This document shows positions 10,299 to 20,627 of a stretch of 64,000 nt of DNA, piece after piece. Each line of letters begins with the position of its first letter. Within the stretch, counting starts at the first letter, position 1. The translations under genes and the position numbers were made by a program. This stretch comes from an uncultured Pelagibacteraceae bacterium (lineage in GTDB: Bacteria; Pseudomonadota; Alphaproteobacteria; Pelagibacterales; Pelagibacteraceae). The DNA lies in NCBI GenBank assembly GCA_902603625.1, contig CACKVM010000001.1, forward strand, positions 85,647 through 149,646. The letters are read 5' to 3'. The notes under the pieces are model-generated. The model saw only the letters and a list, made by a program, of their open reading frames with translations. It was not told where the DNA came from and did no database searches.

Positions 10299-11305
10299 CA
10301 CGAATTATTGTGAACAAATTCTGCAATATCACACATTCTATGAGAAAAACCCCATTCATTATCGTACCAAGCTGAAATTTTTCCCATATTTTTTCCTACT
10401 ATGTTTGTTAATGACGCATCAACTATGGAAGAGGCAGGGTTATGATTGAAATCAATCGAAACAAGTTTTTCATAAGTAAGATTTAAAACAGATTTGGATT
10501 GTTTGTCTATAAATTCTTGAAAAGCATTATTAATTAATTTCACACTTAGTTCTTTTTTAGTGCAAAATATAAATTCAATTAAAGAAACATTTGGTGTTGG
10601 AACTCTCATTGCTACTCCCTCAATTTTCCCTTTTAAGGATGGGATTATTTCTCCAATAGACTTAGAGGCACCAGTTGATGTGGGAACAATTGATTGACTA
10701 GCTGACCTGGCTCTTCTAGGATCTTTATGAGAATTATCTAATATTCTTTGATCGCTAGTAAAAGCATGTATAGTGGTCATGAAACCTTTTTCAATTTCAA
10801 AATTATTATTAATTACATATGCAACAGGCGCTAGACAATTAGTAGTGCAGGACGCAGCTGAAATAATTTTATCTTCATTTTTGATACTATTTTCATTAAC
10901 ACCAAATACAATTGTTTTATCAGCATCTTTACAAGGTGCTGATACGATTACTTTTTTTGCACCATTTTTGATATGTGATATCAACTTTTCTTTTGAATTA
11001 AATTTTCCAGTACATTCAAAAACATAATCCACACCTAATTTTTTCCAATTTATTTCCTCAATTTTAGAAAAACGTGAATAAGTAATTTTTTTTTTATTAA
11101 TAATTAAATGACTGTCATCAAATGATACATCAGCATTAAACTTACCATGAATAGAATCATATTTAATTAAAGAACAACTAGTTTCTGTATTTGATCTATT
11201 GTTGATGTGTTTAATTTCTATATTATTTTTTTTACTTTCTATGATCGACCGAACAATCATTCTGCCAATCCTTCCTAGTCCATTAATTCCTATTTTTAGA
11301 GTCAT
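10298..11305 (-). CDS. gap: Glyceraldehyde-3-phosphate dehydrogenase (type I)
   Basis: GINGLGRIGR, AASCTTNCLAP, WYDNEWGFS. Confidence 0.96.
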   Translation of the reverse strand: MTLKIGINGLGRIGRMIVRSIIESKKNNIEIKHINNRSNTETSCSLIKYDSIHGKFNADVSFDDSHLIINKKKITYSRFSKIEEINWKKLGVDYVFECTGKFNSKEKLISHIKNGAKKVIVSAPCKDADKTIVFGVNENSIKNEDKIISAASCTTNCLAPVAYVINNNFEIEKGFMTTIHAFTSDQRILDNSHKDPRRARSASQSIVPTSTGASKSIGEIIPSLKGKIEGVAMRVPTPNVSLIEFIFCTKKELSVKLINNAFQEFIDKQSKSVLNLTYEKLVSIDFNHNPASSIVDASLTNIVGKNMGKISAWYDNEWGFSHRMCDIAEFVHNNS

Positions 11306-11307
11306 TA

Positions 11308-13266
11308 TTATTTTTTTATTAACTTTTTAATTTTTCTTTTTATATTTTCAGAAGTTAGTCCAAAATGTTTAAAAATATCCTTATAAGGTGCGCTTTTTCC
11401 AAAAGTATTTATTCCAAAACTCATACCATCTAATCCAATGTATTTTTTCCAGCAATCAGCAGTACCTGCTTCGATAGATATTTTTAATTTTGTTTCATTA
11501 AGGATTTTGTTCTTGTATGAAATAGTTTGTTGATCGAAAAGTTCATGGCACGGCATAGAAATGACCTTACTGTAAACTTTATCTTTGGCCAATTTGTGAC
11601 TTATATCAATCGCTAAATTCACTTCAGAGCCACTTGCCAATATCGTAGTTGAAATTTTTTTGTTCGTTCTAAGAACTTCATAGGCTCCAAAAGAGCATTT
11701 GTTATCAACTGAATATTTCTTCCTCACAGGATTTAAATTTTGTCTTGTCAGTGATAAAACACTTGGAGTTTTCTTATTTTTTAAAGCTTGTTCCCAACAT
11801 TCAATTGTTTCTATCCTATCTGCAGGTCTAAAAATATTTAAGTTTGGAATTGATCTTAAACCACTTAATTGCTCTACTGGCTGGTGGGTTGGACCATCCT
11901 CTCCAAGACCGATAGAGTCGTGAGTCATAACATAAATAACTCTTTGCTGCATAAGTGCAGACAATCTTATTGAAGGTTTACAATAATCTGAAAAAATTAA
12001 AAATGTACCACCATAGGGTATAAAATTACTATGAAGAGCTAAGCCATTCATTATACCGCACATTGCATGTTCTCTAACACCATAATGAATGTAATCACCA
12101 CTATAATCGCCTGGTTTAATTATTTTATGGTTTTTTGTTTTGGTGTTATTAGATCCAGCTAGATCAGCAGATCCACCAATTAAAAAATTACTCTCTTTTA
12201 TAAGTTCATTAAGAATTAGCTCAGAAGATTTTCTTGTTGCTAAGCTTTTAATTTCTTTTAGTGCAACTTTTTTTTGGGAGTTAATAGCTTTTTTGAAACT
12301 ATTTTTAATTATTTTTTTTAAATTTTTTTTATCTCTGTTACAAATCTTTTTCCATTTTTCTTCATGTAATTGACCTTTCTTACCAATTTTTCTCCACTCA
12401 TTTAAAATGTTACTTGGAATTTCAAAAGGTTTGTGACTCCACTTTAATTTTTTTCTTACAAGTTTGATTTCGTCCAAACCCAAAGGGCTTCCATGAGAAG
12501 AGGCTTTTCCTGATTTATTAGGAGAACCAAAGCCAATAAGTGTTTTACAAGATATTACCGTAGGTTTTTTTGCACTCTGTACTTTTTTAAGAGCCTTATA
12601 AATTTCTTTTTCATTGTGACCATTAATAAGAATATAATCCCATCCATAACTTTCGAATCTTTTTTTGTAATTATCTGAAACAGCCAAACTAGTTGGGCCA
12701 TCTATTGAAATAGAATTATTATCAAAAAGCATGACTAGGTTTTTAAGTTTTAAATGACCTGCCAAACTCATCGCTTCATGGCTTATCCCTTCCATGAGAC
12801 AACCATCTCCAGCCAAAACATAAGTTTTATGATTAATTACTTTTTTACCAATTCTTTTTTTTAAAATTTCTTCAGCAAGAGCAAAACCAACACTATTCGC
12901 AATACCTTGCCCTAAGGGACCAGTAGTTGTTTCAATTCCTGTCCCTGGATGATACTCTGGGTGTCCTGCGCAAATTGAGTTTATTTGTCTAAATTTTTTA
13001 ATACTATTTAAAGAAATACTTTTATAACCTGTAAGATATAAAAGTGAATAAAGCAGCATTGAACCATGCCCTGCTGATAAAATAAATCGATCTCTATTTA
13101 GCCAATTAGGATTTTTTGGATTAAATTTTAAAAAATTTTTGAATAATACTGTTACCACATCTGCCATCCCCATAGGCATTCCTGGATGGCCAGAATTAGC
13201 CTTTTGGACCGCATCGACAGACAGAAATCTGATACAATTTGCTAAATCATTGAGTTGTTTATTCAA
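11308..13266 (-). CDS. tkt: Transketolase
   Basis: SGHPGMPMG, GDGCLMEG, THDSIGLGEDGPTHQP. Confidence 0.97.
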   Translation of the reverse strand: MNKQLNDLANCIRFLSVDAVQKANSGHPGMPMGMADVVTVLFKNFLKFNPKNPNWLNRDRFILSAGHGSMLLYSLLYLTGYKSISLNSIKKFRQINSICAGHPEYHPGTGIETTTGPLGQGIANSVGFALAEEILKKRIGKKVINHKTYVLAGDGCLMEGISHEAMSLAGHLKLKNLVMLFDNNSISIDGPTSLAVSDNYKKRFESYGWDYILINGHNEKEIYKALKKVQSAKKPTVISCKTLIGFGSPNKSGKASSHGSPLGLDEIKLVRKKLKWSHKPFEIPSNILNEWRKIGKKGQLHEEKWKKICNRDKKNLKKIIKNSFKKAINSQKKVALKEIKSLATRKSSELILNELIKESNFLIGGSADLAGSNNTKTKNHKIIKPGDYSGDYIHYGVREHAMCGIMNGLALHSNFIPYGGTFLIFSDYCKPSIRLSALMQQRVIYVMTHDSIGLGEDGPTHQPVEQLSGLRSIPNLNIFRPADRIETIECWEQALKNKKTPSVLSLTRQNLNPVRKKYSVDNKCSFGAYEVLRTNKKISTTILASGSEVNLAIDISHKLAKDKVYSKVISMPCHELFDQQTISYKNKILNETKLKISIEAGTADCWKKYIGLDGMSFGINTFGKSAPYKDIFKHFGLTSENIKRKIKKLIKK

Positions 13267-13320
13267 AAAATTTCCCGTGTAGACTTAAAAGAATCTATTT
13301 AATAATATGAATATATATAT

Positions 13321-13644
13321 ATGAATTCTGTTACTGAAAAAGAAAAAAAATTAAGTTTGGCACTTACAAAGTTAAAAAAATTAAACTTTAAAAACCCAAA
13401 CTTTCAAAATAATGTTGAAAATTTAAAGCAAAAAAAAAATCAATTAGAAATTGAAAAGAAAGAACTGGAAGAAAAGTACAATTTATTAAATACAGATTAC
13501 AACAATTTGTCTAAAAAATTAGAGGAACTAAAAAATAAAGAAAAAATTGAACAAAAAAAGCAAATTGAATTTTCGGAAAAAATTGATGAATTAAATCAAG
13601 AAACAGATACTTTGCTAGAGGAGATAGACAAATGGCAAACGTAA
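13321..13644 (+). CDS. Coiled-coil protein upstream of zapA (position of ZauP/DUF4164)
   Basis: Heptad-rich K/E/L sequence; overlaps zapA start; conserved tkt-divergent position in alphaproteobacteria. Confidence 0.6.
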   Translation: MNSVTEKEKKLSLALTKLKKLNFKNPNFQNNVENLKQKKNQLEIEKKELEEKYNLLNTDYNNLSKKLEELKNKEKIEQKKQIEFSEKIDELNQETDTLLEEIDKWQT

Positions 13645-14075
13645 GTATTAAATTTAATGGAAAAGAATTTCTATTATCTTGTGATGATGGACAAGAAGAG
13701 CATTTAGAAGAATTATTAATTTCAATAAATCAAAAATTTAATGAACTTAAAAATAATCTTGGGAATTTAGGTGAAAATAAATTACTTTTGATTACAGCTG
13801 TTAAAGTCTTGGATGAGTATCACGAAACAAAAAAAAAGGTTGAACAAAAAAAAATCGAATTATCAGAACTTTCAAAGAAATTTAGAGAATTGAAAAATTT
13901 AGTATATGACTACAGAGATAAAAAAGAAGATGAAATTCAAAAACTAAATGAAAGACATTTTCATTTAAAATCAGAAATAGAGAATAATCAAAAAGATTAT
14001 GAAAAATTAATTGATCAAGCAGCTGATGAAATTTCAAATTTCGTTGAAAAAGCAAATTCAGAAAATTTATCCTAA
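13632..14075 (+). CDS. zapA: Cell division protein ZapA
   Basis: VSIKFNGKEFLLSCDDGQEEHL...GENKLLLITA. Confidence 0.88.
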   Translation: MANVSIKFNGKEFLLSCDDGQEEHLEELLISINQKFNELKNNLGNLGENKLLLITAVKVLDEYHETKKKVEQKKIELSELSKKFRELKNLVYDYRDKKEDEIQKLNERHFHLKSEIENNQKDYEKLIDQAADEISNFVEKANSENLS

Positions 14076-14082
14076 AAGGGTT

Positions 14083-14628
14083 ATGAATAAATTACAATTA
14101 AGAAAAAAATTTATTAAGCTAAGAAAAAAAAATTTTTCTAAAAATTTGAATATTAATTCAAATAAATTTTTGAATTTTTTAACTAGAAAAAATTTTAAAA
14201 ATAAGATTATAGGTGGTTATTATCCATACAATTATGAGATAGATACCTTAGAAGTTTTACAAAAACTGGAAAAAAAAAACTTTTTAATTTCACTTCCAAG
14301 AATTTCAAAAAATAACCAAATGTGCTTCTATTTATGGTCATTTAAAGATCCTCTATCAATAAACACTTATGGTATTCCAGAACCAATTTCTAACAAAAAG
14401 GTTGATCCAGATTTACTGCTCATTCCACTTTTAGCTTATGATAGTGAATTTAATAGACTTGGTTATGGGGGAGGTTTCTATGATAGATATATTTCTGTTG
14501 CTCAAAAACGTAAAAAGCTTATAAAAATTGGTTTTGGTTTTTCTTATCAAAAAACTAAAAAATTACCTGTAGACCATAATGATAAAAAACTTGATTATAT
14601 TTTAACAGAGAAAAACTTTATTCAATGA
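14083..14628 (+). CDS. ygfA: 5-formyltetrahydrofolate cyclo-ligase
   Basis: YGIPEP, LIPLLAYD..NRLGYGGGFYDR; ATG at 14083. Confidence 0.93.
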   Translation: MNKLQLRKKFIKLRKKNFSKNLNINSNKFLNFLTRKNFKNKIIGGYYPYNYEIDTLEVLQKLEKKNFLISLPRISKNNQMCFYLWSFKDPLSINTYGIPEPISNKKVDPDLLLIPLLAYDSEFNRLGYGGGFYDRYISVAQKRKKLIKIGFGFSYQKTKKLPVDHNDKKLDYILTEKNFIQ

Positions 14629-15431
14629 GAATTTTATTTTTAGGTGATGTAGTTGGAATATCTGGCTGTTCAACAATATTAAATAATTTAAAATCTGAAA
14701 TTAAGAAAAGACATATTGATTTTGTAATTGTAAATGGGGAAAATTCTGCTGAGCAAGGTGTAGGTCTAACTAAAGAAATTTGTAATGATTTTTTTAATTG
14801 TGGTGTAGACGTAATTACAACTGGAAATCATGTTTGGGATCAAAAAGAAATTATGAGTTTTATTGATAAAGAAAATAGGCTTTTACGTCCTCATAATCTT
14901 TTTGAACCTTCGCCGGGTAAAGGTTTTGAAATTTATAAAACCTCTAATAATTTCAAAATCGGAGTTCTAAACTTAATGGGAAATGTTTTTATGAAAAAAT
15001 GTGATAACGTTTTCGAGGCATCAAAGAAATTTTTAAAAAATAATAGACTTAAAGAAAATTATGATTTGTTAATAGTTGATTTCCATGGAGAAATGACAAG
15101 TGAAAAAAATGCTATTGGACATTACTTTGACGGAAAAGCAACTCTAGTAGTTGGTACACACACTCATATACCCACAAATGATGCAAGAATTTTAAAAAAT
15201 GGAACTGCTTATCAGACTGATGCAGGTATGTGTGGCGATTATGACTCAGTCATTGGAATGAACAAAGAAAATTCAATTAATAAATTTCTTAAAGAAAGTT
15301 CTACTAAAATGTCACCTGCAACTGGTGAAGCAACTTTGAGTGGAGTTATTGTTGATTGCGATACTGATACAGGATTAGCAAAAAATATAGATTGTTATAT
15401 TTTTGGAGGTCAACTTAAAAATACAATCTAA
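14625..15431 (+). CDS. YmdB/TIGR00282 metallophosphoesterase
   Basis: GDVVG, NGEN, TTGNH, DFHGE, GTHTH, TDAGMCG. Confidence 0.92.
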   Translation: MRILFLGDVVGISGCSTILNNLKSEIKKRHIDFVIVNGENSAEQGVGLTKEICNDFFNCGVDVITTGNHVWDQKEIMSFIDKENRLLRPHNLFEPSPGKGFEIYKTSNNFKIGVLNLMGNVFMKKCDNVFEASKKFLKNNRLKENYDLLIVDFHGEMTSEKNAIGHYFDGKATLVVGTHTHIPTNDARILKNGTAYQTDAGMCGDYDSVIGMNKENSINKFLKESSTKMSPATGEATLSGVIVDCDTDTGLAKNIDCYIFGGQLKNTI

Positions 15432-15434
15432 ATT

Positions 15435-16157
15435 ATGGCAGGACATTCTCATTGGGCAGGGATTAAGCATAAAAAAGGGAAAGCAGATAAACAAAGGTCA
15501 AAAATATTTTCTAAACTTTCAAAAGAAATTACTGTTGCAGCTAAATTAGGTGACAAAGACCCTAACATGAATCCAAGATTAAGGTCAGCAATTCAAGCCG
15601 CTAGATCAGCAAATATGCCAAAAGATAATATAGAAAGAGCTATTGATAGGTCGTCTGTTTCTGCTGAGTTAAATTATGAAAATTTGAGATATGAAGGTTT
15701 TGGACCAGAAAAAGTTGCTGTTATAGTTGAGACATTAACAGATAACAAAAATAGGACAGCATCAAATGTAAGGACTATTTTTCAAAAAGCAGGTGGAAGC
15801 CTTGGAACACAAGGTTCTGCTTCACATAATTTTAACCAGTTAGGTGTCATTAAAATTGATAAAAAAGAAATTTCAGATGAACGTATTTTTGAACTAGCCA
15901 CTGAAGCTGGAGCAGATGAGTGTAAAACTAATGAAGATTTTCATGAAATTCAGTGTTCTGTGAATGAAATTTATAATGTAAAAAAAGAATTAGAGAAAGA
16001 AGTAAATAATTTTATATCAACTGATATTGAATGGGTGCCAGTTAATAGTGTTGAAATTTCTAAAGAAAAAAACGAGGATTTGATTAATTTTTTTGTAACA
16101 TTAGAAGAGAATGATGACGTACAAAATATTTATTCTAATGCAGTATTTATTAAGTGA
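15435..16157 (+). CDS. yebC: YebC/PmpR family protein
   Basis: MAGHSHWAGIKHKK, YEGFGP, TDNKNRT. Confidence 0.95.
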   Translation: MAGHSHWAGIKHKKGKADKQRSKIFSKLSKEITVAAKLGDKDPNMNPRLRSAIQAARSANMPKDNIERAIDRSSVSAELNYENLRYEGFGPEKVAVIVETLTDNKNRTASNVRTIFQKAGGSLGTQGSASHNFNQLGVIKIDKKEISDERIFELATEAGADECKTNEDFHEIQCSVNEIYNVKKELEKEVNNFISTDIEWVPVNSVEISKEKNEDLINFFVTLEENDDVQNIYSNAVFIK

Positions 16158-16160
16158 ATT

Positions 16161-16655
16161 ATGTTAATTATTGGTATAGACCCTGGCATATCTGGATCAA
16201 TCTGTTTTTTTGAGGATGGAAAAATTCTTGATGTTATTGAAATGCCAACAATGACAGAGGGCAAAAAAAACAAAAAACAAGTTAATGGATCACAAATTTA
16301 TAATGAACTCCTCAAAAAAGTTGCAAATACAGAAAAACACAATGTCAGGGTAATTATAGAGCAAGTATCTGCTATGCCAGGACAAGGTGTTACGAGTATG
16401 TTTAACTTTGGACAATCTTTTGGAATTTTAAAGGGAATATGTGCTGCAATGCAATTGCCAATGTTTTTTGTAAGACCTGCTAAATGGAAAAAATATTTTG
16501 GTTTAATAAATTCACAAAAAGATGCAAGTAGAACAAGGGTGATAGAAATGTTTCCATACTACTCATCCCAACTTTCAAAAAAGAAAGACTCTAATAAAGC
16601 AGATGCAATATTAATTGCTAGTTTTTATCACGAAACCTATAAATTAGAGGAATAA
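16161..16655 (+). CDS. RuvC-superfamily Holliday junction resolvase, MOC1/phage-like type
   Basis: IGIDPG, IIEQV, MPGQGVTSMFNFG, PAKWKK, KADAILIA; occupies the ruvC position after yebC. Confidence 0.75.
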   Translation: MLIIGIDPGISGSICFFEDGKILDVIEMPTMTEGKKNKKQVNGSQIYNELLKKVANTEKHNVRVIIEQVSAMPGQGVTSMFNFGQSFGILKGICAAMQLPMFFVRPAKWKKYFGLINSQKDASRTRVIEMFPYYSSQLSKKKDSNKADAILIASFYHETYKLEE

Positions 16656-16706
16656 ACTAGGATATTAAAGTCAAATTCATGACACATTTAAGTGTGAGAA
16701 GACACT

Positions 16707-17381
16707 ATGGAAGCTGATATTTCATCACAAGCAGTCGGGTTAGCATCAAGTGCAGATTTCTCTTTAATGAATCTCTTTATTCGAGCTGATATAATTGTCA
16801 AATCTGTGATTATTTTATTAATTGCATGTTCAATTTACTCTTGGGCTGTCATTATAGAGAAATTAAGATTATTTAAAAAAATTAATCAATCAACCGAGGA
16901 ATTTGAGACAAAGTTTTGGAACTCAAAATCTGCTGAGTCATTTTACAATAACTTACCAGCAAATATTGAAGATCCTATGGCATTGGTCTTTAAAGATGCA
17001 ATGCAAAATTTATTAAAAAAAAGATCAAAAACTGATCTACACGAAAGAATGACGACAATGTTAGAAACTGGAATTGAAAAACAAATGTCAAAAATAAGTA
17101 AAGGATATACTTTTTTAGCTACTGTAGGATCTACAGCTCCTTTTATAGGCCTATTCGGAACAGTTTGGGGAATTATGAATTCGTTTCAATCAATTGCAAT
17201 TTCAAGAAATACTAGTTTAGCAATTGTTGCTCCAGGAATTGCAGAGGCATTATTTGCAACTGCATTAGGGTTGTTGGCTGCAATTCCTGCAGTTATCGCT
17301 TATAATAAATTTAATAATGACTCAATTTTATATTCTAAAAAACTAGAAAATTTTTCTAAAAGATTTTTAACTATAATTTAA
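16707..17381 (+). CDS. tolQ: TolQ
   Basis: LATVGSTAPFIGLFGTVWGIM, VAPGIAEALFATA. Confidence 0.96.
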   Translation: MEADISSQAVGLASSADFSLMNLFIRADIIVKSVIILLIACSIYSWAVIIEKLRLFKKINQSTEEFETKFWNSKSAESFYNNLPANIEDPMALVFKDAMQNLLKKRSKTDLHERMTTMLETGIEKQMSKISKGYTFLATVGSTAPFIGLFGTVWGIMNSFQSIAISRNTSLAIVAPGIAEALFATALGLLAAIPAVIAYNKFNNDSILYSKKLENFSKRFLTII

Positions 17382-17382
17382 A

Positions 17383-17799
17383 ATGGCTTTTAAATTTAAT
17401 CGTTCTTCAAAGGAACCAATGAGTGAAATAAATGTTACACCTTTTGTTGATGTAATGTTAGTTCTTTTGATAATATTTATGGTTACAGCGCCACTATTAA
17501 CCGTAGGTGTACAGGTAGATTTACCTGAAAGTTCAGCAGACTCACTTCCAGAGGAACAGGAGCCGCTAACATTAACAATTAATTCAAAAGGTGAAATATT
17601 TATTCAAGAGTCCAAGGTTGAATATGAAAAAATTATTGCAAAAGTTTTAGCAGTATCCAAAAATAGAACTGATACAAGAATTTATGTGAGGGGAGATAAA
17701 ACAATAAACTATGGAAGAGTCTTAGAAATTATGGGCTTGCTATCTGGATCTGGATTTACAAAAGTTGCACTGATATCTGAGCCTTATAAAGAGAGGTAA
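17383..17799 (+). CDS. tolR: TolR
   Basis: EINVTPFVDVMLVLLIIFMV. Confidence 0.96.
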   Translation: MAFKFNRSSKEPMSEINVTPFVDVMLVLLIIFMVTAPLLTVGVQVDLPESSADSLPEEQEPLTLTINSKGEIFIQESKVEYEKIIAKVLAVSKNRTDTRIYVRGDKTINYGRVLEIMGLLSGSGFTKVALISEPYKER

Positions 17800-17805
17800 T
17801 TTTAA

Positions 17806-18615
17806 GTGAATAGGAGTTTAATAATATCCTCTGTTTTACATATAATAGTAATATTCATAACTGCAATGAGCCTCCCTTTTTTAGCAAAAAAAGCAATAGA
17901 CCTTCCGCCTATAGTATCTATCGAATTAATACAAATAACCGAAAAAACGAACATACCATTTGCTCCAAAAGCAAAAAAAACAATTGAAAAAATTAAGGAA
18001 AAAGAAAAAAAGTTGGTTTCAGAACAGGCACCTCCAAAAAAAGTAAAAAAAATAAAACCCGATTCTATACCAATGCCTGATGATAAGTTAAAAAAGGTTG
18101 AAAAAATTATAGAAGACAAACAAAATCCTGAAAAAATTGATGATGAAGTAAAACAAGTTTCAGAATTTGAAAAAAAAGAGTTATTTGACCCTAATAATAT
18201 TGCTGCTTTAATTGATAAGTCAAAAGAGGAAAGTGCTGAAACAACAAAAAAAACAAATAAAGTTACTCAAGATCAAGACAAAAATATTCAAAATACTGGT
18301 TTGACATTAAGTGAGGAAGATGCATTAAAAGCTCAAATTTTTGGGTGTTGGAGTATCCCGCTAGGTTTACCTTATAATGAAAATTTATTAGTAAGAATTA
18401 AACTTGAGTTAAAACCAGATGGGTCAGTAATAAGATCAGAAATATTGGATCATGCAAGAATGAATAGACCCGGACAAGGTTTTTACAAGGTTTTGGCCGA
18501 AAGTGCTTTACGAGCTGTAAAATTATGTCAACCTTTGAGAGTACCTAGTACTGGATATGAAAGATGGAAAGAGTTACAATTAAATTTTGATGCAAGAGAA
18601 ATGTTAGAAGGATAA
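17806..18615 (+). CDS. tolA: TolA
   Basis: N-terminal TM with SxxLH, charged linker, C-terminal TonB/TolA domain; between tolR and tolB. Confidence 0.85.
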   Translation: MNRSLIISSVLHIIVIFITAMSLPFLAKKAIDLPPIVSIELIQITEKTNIPFAPKAKKTIEKIKEKEKKLVSEQAPPKKVKKIKPDSIPMPDDKLKKVEKIIEDKQNPEKIDDEVKQVSEFEKKELFDPNNIAALIDKSKEESAETTKKTNKVTQDQDKNIQNTGLTLSEEDALKAQIFGCWSIPLGLPYNENLLVRIKLELKPDGSVIRSEILDHARMNRPGQGFYKVLAESALRAVKLCQPLRVPSTGYERWKELQLNFDAREMLEG

Positions 18616-18625
18616 GATAAATAAA

Positions 18626-19978
18626 ATGGGCAAATCTAAAAATTATTTAATATCTTTTTTAATAATTTTACTATTTCCAGTAAAATCTTTTGGTTTAATT
18701 GAAGTAGATATTACCAGGGGTAATTTAAATCCTTTACCGGTAGCAGTTTCTCCTTTGTCTATTGATGATAAATCAAAAAAAAGTTTTGAAAAATTATTAA
18801 AAAAAAAGAACATAGGATCTGAAATCTCTTTAATTGTTGAAAATAATTTAAAAACATCTGGTTTATTTAACCCTTTAGATAAAAATGCATTTCTTCAAGC
18901 GCCTGACATAGCGAACTTAAAACCCAGATTTGAGGATTGGAATTTAATTAAAGCACAAGCTTTGATTACTGGAAAAGTTAGTAATTTTGAGGATAAGTTA
19001 AGAGTAGAGTTTAGATTATGGGATGTTTTGGCAGGTAAAGAGATGATGGCACTAGCGTTTACAACGGTACCAAATAATTGGAGAAGAGTTGGTCATATAA
19101 TTTCGGATAAAGTTTATGAAAGATTAACAGGAGAAAAAGGTTATTTTGATACTAGAATTATTTATGTTGCAGAAGAAGGACCTAAAACAAAAAGAATAAA
19201 AAAATTAGCAATAATGGACCAAGATGGAGCAAACAATAAGTTTTTAACTTTAGGAAATGAATTAGTTTTAACACCAAGATTTAATCCTACAAGTCAAATG
19301 GTTACTTATCTTTCTTATTTTAGAAATTTACCAAGAGTTTATTTATTAGATATAGAGACTGGCATACAGGAAGTGGTAGGAGATTTTCCTGGAATGACAT
19401 TCGCACCAAGATTTTCTCCTAATGGAAAAAAAATAATTATGAGTTTTGCTAAAGATGGAAACTCAGACATATATACAATGGATTTAGAAAACAGAATTGT
19501 TGAAAAAATAACAAACCATCCATCGATTGATACATCACCATCATACTCTCCAGATGGAAAATATATCTGTTTTAATTCTGATAGGAGCGGATACCAACAG
19601 ATTTATGTTATGAAAAGTGATGGCAGCAATGTTAAGAGAATTTCTTTTGGAAAGGGTATTTATGGAACACCTGTTTGGTCACCTAGAGGAGATTTAATCG
19701 CTTTTACAAAACTTCATAAAGGTAAATTTTATATTGGCGTGATGAGAATAGATGGCAGTGGAGAAAGATTGTTGACAGAAAATTATTATCAAGAAGCACC
19801 ATCCTGGTCACCTAATGGAAGAGTATTAGTTTTTTATAGAGAAACTAAAACTGATGATCAAGGAAAAGGTTTTTCTGCTAAATTATGGTCGATTGACCTA
19901 ACCGGATATAATGAACGTATCCTTAAAACACCAACAGATGGCTCAGACCCATCATGGTCATCATTATTAAGCAAATAA
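18626..19978 (+). CDS. tolB: TolB
   Basis: Signal peptide, repeated PxW/FSPxG beta-propeller motifs. Confidence 0.96.
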   Translation: MGKSKNYLISFLIILLFPVKSFGLIEVDITRGNLNPLPVAVSPLSIDDKSKKSFEKLLKKKNIGSEISLIVENNLKTSGLFNPLDKNAFLQAPDIANLKPRFEDWNLIKAQALITGKVSNFEDKLRVEFRLWDVLAGKEMMALAFTTVPNNWRRVGHIISDKVYERLTGEKGYFDTRIIYVAEEGPKTKRIKKLAIMDQDGANNKFLTLGNELVLTPRFNPTSQMVTYLSYFRNLPRVYLLDIETGIQEVVGDFPGMTFAPRFSPNGKKIIMSFAKDGNSDIYTMDLENRIVEKITNHPSIDTSPSYSPDGKYICFNSDRSGYQQIYVMKSDGSNVKRISFGKGIYGTPVWSPRGDLIAFTKLHKGKFYIGVMRIDGSGERLLTENYYQEAPSWSPNGRVLVFYRETKTDDQGKGFSAKLWSIDLTGYNERILKTPTDGSDPSWSSLLSK

Positions 19979-20062
19979 CTAATAATTTGTTGATTTTTTT
20001 CTTGAAACCTCTATTGAGTTGTGAATAAATTAAGTATTAGAAATATTGATTAAGGAGCAACA

Positions 20063-20542
20063 ATGAAATTAAACAAGATTTTAAAAAACGCACTTTTGGT
20101 TCTTTTAGCATGTTTTGCTTTAAGCGCGTGTGCAACAAAAAAAGTTTCAACATCACAAATTCAGGGTGACGTTTATACAGGAACCGATACTGTAGAGTAT
20201 CTAGCATCAGGCGTACCTGACAGAGTATTTTTTGCAACTAACGAGTCAGTTTTAACAACAGCTTCTAGAGAAACTTTAAGAAAGCAAGCTGCATGGTTGA
20301 GAAAAAATTCTGATGTAACAATAGTGTTAGAAGGTCATGCTGACGAAAGAGGTACTAGAGAGTACAACTTAGCTTTAGGTGAAAGAAGAGCAAACGCTGC
20401 TAAAGATTATCTTATGACATATGGGATATCTTCAGACAGAATTTCTGTTTTAAGTTATGGTAAAGAAAGACCAGTTGACTCTGGTTCAAATCCATTAGCG
20501 TGGTCGAAGAATAGAAGATCAGTAACAGTCAAAGCTAATTAA
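20063..20542 (+). CDS. pal: Peptidoglycan-associated lipoprotein Pal
   Basis: Lipobox LSAC, EGHADERGTREYNLALGERRA; AAGGAG Shine-Dalgarno. Confidence 0.97.
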   Translation: MKLNKILKNALLVLLACFALSACATKKVSTSQIQGDVYTGTDTVEYLASGVPDRVFFATNESVLTTASRETLRKQAAWLRKNSDVTIVLEGHADERGTREYNLALGERRANAAKDYLMTYGISSDRISVLSYGKERPVDSGSNPLAWSKNRRSVTVKAN

Positions 20543-20561
20543 TCAATATTTTTTAATTTTT

Positions 20562-20599
20562 AGACCCCTTAAGCATCATGTTTAAGGGGTCTTTTTTTT
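20562..20599 (+). terminator. Rho-independent terminator after pal
   Basis: AGACCCCTTAAGCAT-C-ATGTTTAAGGGGTCT stem followed by a T tract. Confidence 0.9.
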
Positions 20600-20627
20600 G
20601 CCATTATTTTAAACATAACTAAACTAA

